A stretch of 64,000 nt of DNA. Source: Antechinus flavipes (taxonomy: Eukaryota). Within the stretch, counting starts at the first letter, position 1; every line of letters begins with the position of its first letter. The translations under genes were made by a program, and so were the position numbers. Under the pieces are notes generated by a model. It was not told the DNA's origin. It did no database searches and saw nothing but the letters and a program-made list of their open reading frames with translations. Below are positions 49,281 through 60,110 of the stretch, one piece after another. The DNA is taken from contig NC_067401.1 of assembly GCF_016432865.1 (NCBI RefSeq), positions 65,782,001 through 65,846,000 of the forward strand. The letters are read 5' to 3'.

Positions 49281-52258
49281 TAGGTCCACCCCCGGACCTA
49301 CCTCCCCGCCCTCCCCCCCCCTTCCTCCACTTTCACCGCTCCGCGGCCATCCCTTAAAGAGGCCGCCCCTCTCCTATCTCTCTCCCCCCCCTCCAGCCCC
49401 ACGCCCGAGTAGTTACCAGGCGCCCAATCGGGTCACTAGGAGCCGGTTGCTAAGGCTTTGTTGCAGCTCACCAATTGCAGCAGAGGAAACTGCGCCCTAG
49501 GCCGGGAGGAACCGGGAGGGGCCTCTAGGCCAGAAACTTGTGAATGGAACATTGGAGTGAGAGGGGAGATGGGGGAGGGGCACTGCCGTAAGACTCGGAT
49601 GCTCTAAGATTAGAATCCCTTCTTCAGCTCTCCCACTAAATCCTCTCCCGCCATAGGTTCTAAAAGCTCCGGCATCTAACTTCTTGTATTTATTCCTCCC
49701 TCCCGTCGCAGTTAGCCACCTCCTAGCCACTTTCCAACCCAAGATACTGACTTCCTCTCCCCCTCCCCCGTACCTAAAATTTCCCTTTTAGATTTACTTC
49801 GAGCAATATCCTCTATCCATCATATATAGCCCCTCCCACTATCTTTGGGATTTCTTTCTTTAAAAGAAAAAGTTATTCCCATATCCTAGAAGAGAAGGTA
49901 GTGATGGACTACCCTCATCAGGATTTTCAGCTGTTCTCATAAATTTTGTGATTTTTCCAGGGGATGGGGGGAAACGGAAAAAGAAGGGTGGGGAAGTTCC
50001 ATTCAGATTTCCTGGGATTGCAGGCTTAACTTTGCTCAGAGGCATCATCTTACGTGACTCTTTCGATCGTGTTTTTGGAGAAGATGGAAAGAGATGGAGA
50101 AGAAACGGGATAACCCTCAAAAACAATTCTTTTCGTTCTGGCATCCGTGGCTGCATCCCAAAAAGAGCAGTCTTTTACCTAAAACTTGGCTTATTTCTGC
50201 TTAAAAAGTGCTAATACTTATGCAAACTAGCGCTTGCTCTTACATGTTACATTTATGTGGCTGCTTAATTGTCACTTGCCTATTCGAAAATGACACCATT
50301 GGCTAATTCTTAACGCTTCTGAAAACTAGGGCTTGTTCTACTAAGTGATTAATTAGTTGTCACTGTTGCCTATTCAAAACTGATGCTACTGACCTTCCAC
50401 CATTAGGACATGCGCTTTTCCGGGAGTGATGTTGGTTGTGTGTTGATCCCTCCGCACAGTGCCCACTAGTCTCAACCAAGAAAGGGACTGAATTTATTGA
50501 ACGGAGCATTGAGACCAATCTGTGATGAAGCTAAGCTAATTGGCTGGCCTTAGACTAATTATCAGGTCACTATAACCAACTGACCTAAACCAGCTTTCAA
50601 GACAGAAAGCTATACCTTTAAGGAAAGGTTTTTTCTATTCTGCAAATTAAAGTGTTTGAAAATTCTCATTAATCCTTATTAGACCATTGTAAAATTAGTA
50701 AAAAACTGAACGCATTCCAGACATCCAGAGGTCTGAACACTAACTACCTCTAAACCTCAGAAGTGTTTTTAAATACAAAGGCCTGGGAATGTGTTGTGTT
50801 GCTGGGAATACAAAGTAATTCTGGATTAATGAGAGATACAACACAATCTGAGTTATACTCCATGTTTTGCAGATCATAGACTGAGCAGTGATGTTTTTAG
50901 TGAATGAGTCATCTTTCAAACCTTGTGGTCACCTAAGCACTATGTTTTAAACTGATCATCTCCTCCTAGATGCTATCAGTCTGGTTTTCTGCCTCAGAAA
51001 AAAAAACAAGCCAGACATATAATATCTAATATTTATATAGTTTTTACTATGTGCCAGTCACTGTGCTAAGCACTTTACAATTATTATCTCATTTGACCCT
51101 CACAACAACTTTGAAAGCTAGGTATTGTTATTATGCCCATTTTAAAGGTGAGGAAACTGAGGCAACCAACACAGCTACAAGGTATCTCACTTTTGAACTC
51201 AGATCTTGCTGACTCCAAGCCTAGGCTCAGCAATCATATGTAAATTACCCACATAAAAGTAGTTTGAATTATGCCCGTTGTAGTAAATTCACATGGTTGT
51301 ATGTATCAATTTTTTTATCCTTCCAAATCATAAATTTAGAGATAGAAAAACCTGAGAATTATCCATCTCCATCAATCAGTCAGTCAGTCAACAAACATTA
51401 GGTGCTTACTATGTTCACAGTACTAAATTCCACAGGGATACAAAGAAAGGCCAAAAAAAAAAAAAAATCTGCTTTTAACCAGCTCGCAATCTAATGATGG
51501 CAGTTCACAATTTAATGAGGGAGACAACATGTAACTACAAATGTGCATGCAGACATATAGACAGGGTAGATTGGTGATCATCTCAGAGACAAGGCACTAA
51601 GCAAGATTAAGGAGGATTGGGAGAGGCTATTGGTAACAGGTGGGATTTTAGGTAAAATATGAAGGCAGCCAGAGAAGATAGAAGTTGGAAATGAGAAAGG
51701 AGAGGGTTCCAGAAATGCGGGACAGCTAGTAGAGATGCTCAAGAGTAGGGAGCTAGAGTACCATGCTCAAGAAACAGCACTTTGCAAATGATGAAATTGA
51801 GATACAGAAAAGATATTTCTTTTGAGCCCAAGTTAGAAAGTGTCAGAGACTGGATTTTCAACCAAGTCCTTTGACTCCATAGTCTCCCTTCTATCATACC
51901 ACTTTTGCTGACTCCTCACCCCAACTGAGGTGGATGTCTCTGCAAACATGACAGCAGCTGGTGTTTTTATTTGAAAAGGCTACCTCTGACTCCTTAGTCT
52001 ATTCCAAGAGAAAGTTAGTACCAAAGATTTTATAAAACCTATTGAGGCCTAACTATTGGAGGAGGGAAAGCATGGAGTAGAGAAACAATTCATTAAAATC
52101 TTTAATTTAATCCCCAACTCTCAAATGGATCTATTGCTAGAATCCTGGTGTCAATATAAATTTAACCTCTTCATACCTAACATCTATCTTAGAAATCTAT
52201 CATTTATATCTGACATGCAAAAGATAATGAAAAAAGATATGATTCAAAGAATTTAGCA

Positions 52259-52330
52259 GTTTCCTTATATATATATATATGTATGTATATATATGTATAT
52301 ATAATATATATGTATGTGTGTGTGTATAGT
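52259..52330. repeat. (TA)n/(TG)n microsatellite
   Basis: Read directly. Confidence 0.9.
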
Positions 52331-55300
52331 TTTAAAATTTTACTTGTATTTCAAATGTGTCAACTTCAACACCAGAATTTCCAAATTTCATTCATATAAA
52401 TTTTAAATCTATCCTAACATATTTTCCTAATTGGTTTTATATTTACAGGAAGTCTAAAAAGAGATTTTGGAGTTCTAATTTACTACAGAGCCCTTTTAAA
52501 AATTTTATATTGTGAACTTAAGTAGTCTTATTCTATACATTTATAGAAATTCACAGTAGATAGAACATTGGCTCTGATGTCAGGAGGGCCTAAGTTCAAA
52601 ATTTAGCCTCAGATATGTACTAGCTGTGTGACATTGGAAAGAAAAAAAAAAGGAGAGGAGGAGGAGGAGAAAAAGAAGAAAAGAAAAGAAATTCAGTGTG
52701 GATGGATCACAGATCTAGACATGAAAGGGCCTCTGAAGCCTATCTACACTACAGCTGCAGAAACTATGCCGGAAAAATTGAATTAATTTAAGGTCCCACA
52801 GTTAAAAACCAGAAGAGATAAACTTTGAACTCACATTCTCCAAGCCCAGAGCAAGCTCTCTATCACACTACCCACTATGCTTCACACAGTGCAGTAAAAT
52901 TAAACAAAGCAAAATATTATTTTCAAGGTCACAATTCAAAGCAAATTTCCCTCCTATAATTACTCCTCTCAGCAATCAAGTTTGCATCATTAAGTTAGTT
53001 GTCAGAGGAGATAAAATGAGATCTGAATGAACATCCCTAAATTTGACTAGTATAGAGAAAACTCCTTTTGTATAATACCAAACATAACTAAAAGGCTTAA
53101 CAGCATTTTCTCAAAAGATTTCCCACCCATAGTTTGTTTAAAGGAACACTTCAGAAACTTAAGGGGAAAAAAAAGTTTTCATTATCTTATTAGAAATCCT
53201 AAAAAGTCTGATTCAAAATGAAAGTACTCCATCCCACCCTTCTACCCTATCTTAAAAATGAATATTTTGTGAATACTGTGATGATGAAATATAAAAAGAA
53301 AATACATATCTATTAAGTATTGACAAGTGATGAATATCTTATCTTAAAAAACCAGCATGAAGAACAATTAGCTACTATCATTTTAATAATGTCTTTCTTA
53401 AGTTAAAATCTATACATTAGTGAAAAAACGAAATTTCTGAGAGACATAACAACCTCCCCCAAAAGTTGTAAGTGAGCCTGCCCATACATAGCAAAGTTCT
53501 GATGAGGTCATAGAACCATTATTTTCTCACCTAGTGTGGTCAAAGTTCTGAGGTGCAACCTTATAATGGTACCATAGTTATCTACCCTAAGGAAAAATTC
53601 TACAAAGAGTAGTCTATGGAAGAACTTTTTAGAGGAAAGTTTCCAAGTTTTGCTGACTCCATTATATACATAGAATTCATAACCTAATCATAAATGAATA
53701 CAAAATAGTTTGGGGGACTCGGGATGAGGTAAGTAATTCAAATATTATATTTTACAGGAAAGGAAAATGAAGAAAAAGTTAAATAACTTGTCCAAAATCA
53801 CATAGCTAATGACAGTGACAATTCTGACCATGTCCTTCTTTAATGAAAAATTCAGAATCCTCCAATAGGATAAAGTATAAATTATCTATTCTGGTATTTT
53901 TTAGGCCCTTTACCATCTAGTTTCCTCTTTGCTTTCCAGATTTATTTCACTTTACTACATCCAACCTGACCTACCAGCTCTTCTCCAAAGTGAGCATTCA
54001 GTCTCTTGCCTCCATTTTGCACAGGAGGTCTCTTTCTCCACCTTACCTAATGCACTTCATCTTCCTTGTCTCTAATTCTTAAAGTCCTGAAATTCCTTGA
54101 ATCCTTCCATATTCGACTCATATAAGGCCTCTTACATAAAGGCCTTTTCTGTTCCCCACTCTTCCATCCCTTCCCCAATTGTTGGTACCCTACAATTAAT
54201 CTGTATTTAACTATGTATCTCCCCTTGCTGCAGTAGTATGAAAGATCATTGAGGGTTGGGATTGATTTTGTTTTGAGGGTAGGGAAAGGGGTAGTTTGCC
54301 CTACTATGTACAAAGCACCATGTTTTGCACATAATAGGCTTTTAGTAAATGTTTGCTCAATTGTTAAGTTGAATTGAGACTAGGACTCCAAATCGAAGGT
54401 TCTTTCCACCTAAATCATAACTGCATGGAAAAGTAATGTTTTGAAGATATGATATGGATGTTCTTAACTGTTTAAGACAGCTAGTTATTGCTGGACTGAG
54501 ATTTACTTAAATAAATGAGAGAATTGGCATCAAAAAAATGGCTGGGGAGGCAGTTAGGAGCATTGAGATACTGCATAAAAGAATTAGGGTATTGGGGTTT
54601 TTTGATAATAGAGGTGAGTCTGAGATGATAATATACAGGAATGGAGATGTGGAAGGCAATTTGATAGAGTATAAGGAAAATAGAGGGAATTTTCATCCCA
54701 AGCTTAAAATATTACACCAAATCATTTGGCTGCTGAATCAAGGCAGGAATTTCAGCAATGTAGATGGAGAACAATGACTTTTTAAACAAGTCACAAAGAT
54801 AGATAGACAGATGATAAACATAGATGAACATAGGTGTATGTACTTTTACAAAGACCCATACACAGAAATATACATATAATGTTTGCAAAAGCTGACCTGA
54901 TACCAAATCATTCTCATTTTGATCTTCTGGTCTCTGATCATATCAAATCTGTAAAAATACTACTTAAAAAATTACTTAAGTAGTGCTTTTAAAACTATTC
55001 AAATAAAAGTATTCAAGTACTCCCAAGCAACTTCAGCAAACTTTATTAATGTGTGCTGACTCCCAATGATTGTCAGGGTAAGTCAATCAATGAACATTTA
55101 CTTATTTATTAAGCATTTACTATGTATCGGGCATCATGCTAAAGGGGTACAAAGAAAAGTAAAAAACTTATTCTTGTTCTCAAACTCCCAGTGAAGGAGA
55201 TTATATGCAAAGAACTATGTACAAAGATATGTAGTAGTCAGTCAACTTTGAAGCAGTCTTTCAGAAAGAAGGAACTAGTATTTAGGGCAGGAAAGGCTTC

Positions 55301-55654
55301 TTGCAGAGGGTGGAATTTTAGCTGAACTTTGAAGGAAGGCAAGGAAGTTCTGAGATGGAGAAGAGGAGGGAGAGAATTCTAGACATGTGTAACAACCAGG
55401 TAAAATAGCTGGAGTTAGCAGATGGTTCTTTGGGTGCCTGGATCACATATCTCTGGTAACTGATAATCAGATTGGCCAGATTTCACTTTTAAAAATCTTA
55501 GTTTTAATAAACATGACCTATTTAACAAAATGTACAACTGAGACAATTAAGACCATATCATAAAGTGAAATGAACCTGAATCATAACTCAATGGGACAGT
55601 AATTCGAGTGTCAATCCCCAAAGTTAGAAGGCAACACAGAGAAATGCTGGTCAA

Positions 55655-56200
55655 CAACAGGATGATTTCAAAAAGGCCTGAAGAGACTTATACGAACTGA
55701 TGCTGAGTGAAATGAGCAGAACCAGGAGATCATTATATACTTCAACAACAATACTATATGATGATCAATTCTGATGGACCTGGCCATCTTCAGCAATGAG
55801 ATGAACCAAATCAGTTCCAATGGAGCAGTAATGAACTGAACCAGCTACACCCAACGAAAGAACTCTGGGAGATGACTAAGAACCATTACACTGAATTCCC
55901 AATCCCTATATTTTTGCCTGCCTGCACTTTGGATTTCCTTCACAGGCTAATTGTACAATATTTCAGAGTCCGATTCTTTTTGTACAGCAAAATAATGCTT
56001 TGGTCATGAATACTTATTGTGTATCTAATTTATACTTTAATATATTTAACATGGATTGGTCATCCTGCCATCTAGGGAAGGGAGTCGGGGGAAGGAGGGG
56101 AAAAATTGGAACAAAAGATTTGGCAATTGTCAATGCTATAAAATTACCCATGCATATAACTTGTAAATAAAAAGCTATTAAAATTAAAAAAAAAAAAAAA
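55655..56200 (+). mobile_element. 5'-truncated L1 (ORF2 end, 3' UTR, poly-A) with degenerate TSD
   Basis: GAGACTTATACGAACTGATGCTGAGTGAAATGAGCAGAACCAGGAG, a G-rich tract, AATAAA and a poly-A run ending at 56200. Flanks AGAAATGCTGGTCAA (55640-55654) and AGAAATGCTTGTTAA (56200-56214). Confidence 0.9.
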
Positions 56201-57173
56201 GAAATGCTTGTTAAGTTCACAAAACAGATTACAAACAAAGCTAAGGATCTCCTGAAAAATATGTGAACCATTACAATGACTAAACTAGAGAAATTAAAGT
56301 GTACAATGGCTTCAAATAATTAAAATAATGCAAAAATTAAGCAAAAACAGTAAATGATACAGTAGACAAGATGGATAGGCACTCACATAAATGACCCAGG
56401 AATTCTGGGAAAGGAAAGAAGTGTCAGATGTGTTTTAGTAGTTTACTGCATTCAATAATTTTTGTCTTCATTCCAAGATGCCTTATTCAGTGCACAAGAC
56501 TATCTCCTGTCTTCCACCAAAAGAGGGGAAGAGGGGAAGTGAAGGGAATAAGCATTTATTAAACACCTTCAATGTGCCAAGCACGTTTATAAATATTATC
56601 TTTTTTGATCACAGCATCAACCTGTGTGAGATACAGCCAATATAAGCTTAGATGACCTTGATATTGGCTGGTTGCACTTTGGGCCTATCAGCACAGTGAA
56701 CTTTCACTTTAGTAAATACCTGTAGTTGTGAAATATATCTATACTAGACTCAATTACCTTCATTTTATATCCCTAGGGGACAGAAATATTGGCAGATCAT
56801 GATTTCCTCTGCTTTCTTCCTGTCAATTCTATCCCAAGGAGTATTTAGTTGGGGTGGGAGGAAAAGGTAATTTGCTTCCTTTTAAATAACACAGTATATA
56901 TATCTTATTTCTTGTTGCTTCTGAAGCAACTAATATTGACTAGTGAGGAACTTTACCTGTAATCAAGATTCTGAAGCCTAGACTGAATTTTAGTTGCCCA
57001 TGATATTTTGCCTACACTGATTTTCATTGATAATGAAATATAGAAAATGAAATAAAGAAATTTTTAATGCAACTCTGGGTATATAGGTCTATGAAATAGG
57101 TTTACAAATCAAACATTTTCAGATAACAAATAATAATTGCACAACCTCCACATTCAATTAATAACAACCCAGA

Positions 57174-58094
57174 CAAATCATTATTAATCAGAGAAATGCA
57201 AATTAAGACAACTCTGAGATACCACTACACACCTGTCAGATTGGCTAGAATGACAGGGAAAGATAATGGGGAATGTTGGAGGGGATGTGGGAAAACAGGG
57301 ACACTGATACATTGTTGGTGGAATTGTGAACACATCCAGCCATTCTGGAGAGCAATGTGGAACTATGTTCAAAAAGTTATCAAACTGTACATACCCTTTG
57401 ATCCAGCAGTGTTTCTACTGGGCTTATATCCCAAAGAAATACTAAAGAAGGGAAAGGGACCTGTATGTGCCAAAATGTTTGTGGCAGCCCTGTTTGTAGT
57501 GGCTAGAAGCTGGAAAATGAAAGGATGTCCATCAATTGGAGAATGGTTGAGTAAATTGTGGTATATGAATGTTATGGAATATTATTGTTCTGTAAGGAAT
57601 GACCAGCAGGATGAATACAGAGAGGACTGGCGAGACTTACATGAACTGATGCTGAGTGAAACGAGTAGAAGCAGAGGATCATTATATACCTCAATAACAA
57701 TACTGTTTGAGGATGTATTCTGATGGAAGTGGATTTCTTCGATAAAGAGAGCTTTAATTGATCAAAGATGGACAGAAACAGCTACACCCAAAGAAAGAAT
57801 GTTGGGAAATGAATATAAACTGCTTGCATTTTTGTTTTTCTTCCCGGGTTATTTCTACCTTCTGAATTCAATTCTCCCTGTGCAACAAGAAAACTGTTCG
57901 GTTCTGCACACATATATTGTATCTAGGATATACTGTAACCTATTCAACATGTAAAGGACTGCTTGCCATCTGGGGGAGGGGGTGGAGGGAGGGAGGGGAA
58001 AAATCGGAACAGAAATGAATGCAAGGGATAATGCTGTAAAAAATTACCCTGGCATGCGTTCTATCAATAAAAAGTTATTTAAAAAATAAAATAA
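57174..58094 (+). mobile_element. 5'-truncated young L1 with open ORF2 C-terminus and perfect 14-bp TSD
   Basis: ORF 57196-57723 is the L1 ORF2 Cys-rich C-terminus ([18 protein letters not shown]...[13 protein letters not shown]). AATAACAACCCAGA occurs at 57160-57173 and 58095-58108; the target site reads TT/AATA. Confidence 0.96.
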
Positions 58095-58459
58095 AATAAC
58101 AACCCAGAGTTTAAGAAAGCTTGATTTACAAGATAGATTTTGAGTAAAGTTATGGGACTATAAATGTAACCATAGATGCTACATTGGTACATGATATCAA
58201 GGATAATGGCAGAGCTGACTTCAAACAGGAGAGGTGTATAAAAAGAGGAGGAGGAAGAGATAGCCAAGAGGGTAGGAAGTGATTGAAACATGATTGAGAC
58301 TTTCATGAAGTAGTGATCTGAGAGAAGCAATCACCAATCAGGAAAAAGAAGTTTCCTCCAAGATAATAGGCAATTAATGAGGAAATGGCTAGAGTTAGGT
58401 ATTGATGTATGCAAAATAAGTGCAGGTGATGGAAGAAGGACTCCTAATAGTAGTAAATT

Positions 58460-58710
58460 GAGATACTAGGTGGCACAGTAAAGTGCTGGACTTGAGTCAG
58501 AAAAACTCATCTTCCTTCATTCAAATCTGGCCTCAAATACTAGTTTATTTACTGAGTCACCCTGGGTAAGTCACTTAATCCTGTTTTCCTCAGTTTCCTC
58601 ATCTGTAAAATGAACTGGTAAAGGAAATGGCAAACTGCTATCAAATAGTTTTGTCAAGAAAAACCCAAATAGGGTCACAAAGAGTAAGATGGGACTGAAA
58701 ACTGAACATC
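58460..58710 (+). mobile_element. MAR1-type SINE with perfect 11-bp TSD
   Basis: tRNA-like head, CORE and RTE tail. AGTAGTAAATT occurs at 58449-58459 and 58711-58721. Confidence 0.88.
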
Positions 58711-58727
58711 AGTAGTAAATTAGTTAA

Positions 58728-58803
58728 TTATATATATATATATATATATATACAACATATATATATTTATAATGTGTGTATATATACATATATATATATA
58801 TAG
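58728..58803. repeat. (TA)n microsatellite
   Basis: Read directly. Confidence 0.9.
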
Positions 58804-58959
58804 TTAATAAAGGCAGCATGCCATAATGGATAAAGAGTTATCCTAAGAGTAAGGAAGAATTGGGATCAAATTCCATCTCTGAAACAGACTGGTTTGACCC
58901 TTGGCAAATCATCTCTCATTGCCTCAAGTATCACTTAGAGAATATAAATTGCATGGAGC

Positions 58960-59620
58960 CATGACCAAAGAGTTATAAAACTGTAGGTACTTTGACCTAG
59001 CAATACTATTTCTAGGTCTGTATCCTAATGAGATCAAAGAAAAGGGAAAAGGACCCACATGTACAAAACTTATTTATAGCAATTTTTTGTGGTGGCAAAG
59101 AATTGGATATTCAGGGGGATGTCCATCAACCAGGGAATGACAGAATAAGCTATAGCATATAATTGTGATAGAATACTATTGTGCTTTAAGAAATGATGGG
59201 CAAAAATGGTTTCAGAAAACATGGGAAGACATGTATGAACTAATATAAAGTGAGCAGAACCTATACACTGTATGGAGCAAGAACAATATAAGAACAACTC
59301 TGGAAAAGTTAGCTATTTTGATCAAGACAAGGATCCAAGATAATTCCAAAGGACCCATAATGAAAAATGCTATCCATCTCCAGAGAGACAACTGAATTCA
59401 ATGCAGATTGAAACATAAACTTTATTTTTCTTGTTTTTATTTTTATTTTTGTCTGTGCTTTCTTTTTACAACATGGCTAATATGTTTTGCATGCCTTCTC
59501 AAGAAGAGGATCCAGAAGGGAGGAAGAGAGAGAATTTGAAACTTAAAAAAAAAAAAAGATTGTTAAAAAATTTATATGTAACTGAGAAATATTTAATGAA
59601 AAAGATTAAAATACATTTTT
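58960..59620 (+). mobile_element. Older L1 ORF2 3' end and 3' UTR fragment
   Basis: TTTGACCTAGCAATACTATTTCTAGGTCTGTATCC...GGAAAAGGACCCACATGTACAAAA is homologous to 57396-57480 but carries stops and indels. Confidence 0.8.
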
Positions 59621-59990
59621 AAAGAATATAAATTGCAAAAATGGAGCTGGTTTGTATCAAGAGAAGTTGTTCATCACTGGGAGCTCCCTACATAGTGAAA
59701 TCACAGATCTGTTTTTTTTTTAAATAGCAGTTTTAGACAACTGAAAGCAACAAACTATTCCATGGGAAAGAGACAAAGCAATGGTCTGTTTACTGATTAT
59801 TTCTGATTGGTGAGTGTTTCTAAAATCAAAATTCTGCTAAAGGGAGAATCTTACTTTTTAGTTTTATTACCAAAAAGCCCTTAAATGTGTTCATAAATAT
59901 CTAAGGGTTTGAATATCCACATAAAACTGGCGATTTGCTGACAATTGTCTTATGTTGATATTTAGAGACGATTGTAATATTCTCTTTAAA

Positions 59991-60110
59991 ATGTAATGTT
60001 CTCTGTTGAGGTTTTCTTGGAGTCTCTGGAGCAGCCTTTTTTGTCAGTTCAGTAATAGCCACAACTGCAGCCAGGGGTTAAAGTCCATAATATGTCTCCT
60101 TCATAATAAT
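59991..60110. mobile_element. Possible LTR fragment
   Basis: TGTAATGTTCTCTGTTGAGGTTTTCTTGGAGTCTCTGGAGCAGCC...GCAGCCAGGGGTTAAAGTCC resembles dasyurid LTR ends as recalled; not verified. Confidence 0.35.

Larger units (their letters stand above)
48000..49720. promoter_or_regulatory. CDC14A: CpG island / CDC14A promoter and 5' UTR
   Basis: Sharp switch from AT-rich to GC- and CpG-rich sequence spanning exon 1. Contains (GGC)n runs, G-tracts, and CCAAT motifs at 49424-49428 and 49471-49475. Confidence 0.92.

Noticed and set aside
49074-49289. Poly-Glu/poly-Gln ORF on the minus strand
   Set aside because: Translation of the (GAG)n/(CAG)7 repeats. It has no ATG start and is not joined to the CDC14A frame.
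48578-49357. 259-aa plus-strand ORF and other ORFs across 48195-49742
   Set aside because: Stop-poor GC-rich CpG-island DNA antisense to CDC14A exon 1 and its UTR. Low-complexity G/R/P/A translations with no recognisable domain.
57196-57723. 175-aa ORF as a host gene
   Set aside because: It is the L1 ORF2 C-terminus inside a TSD-flanked truncated L1.
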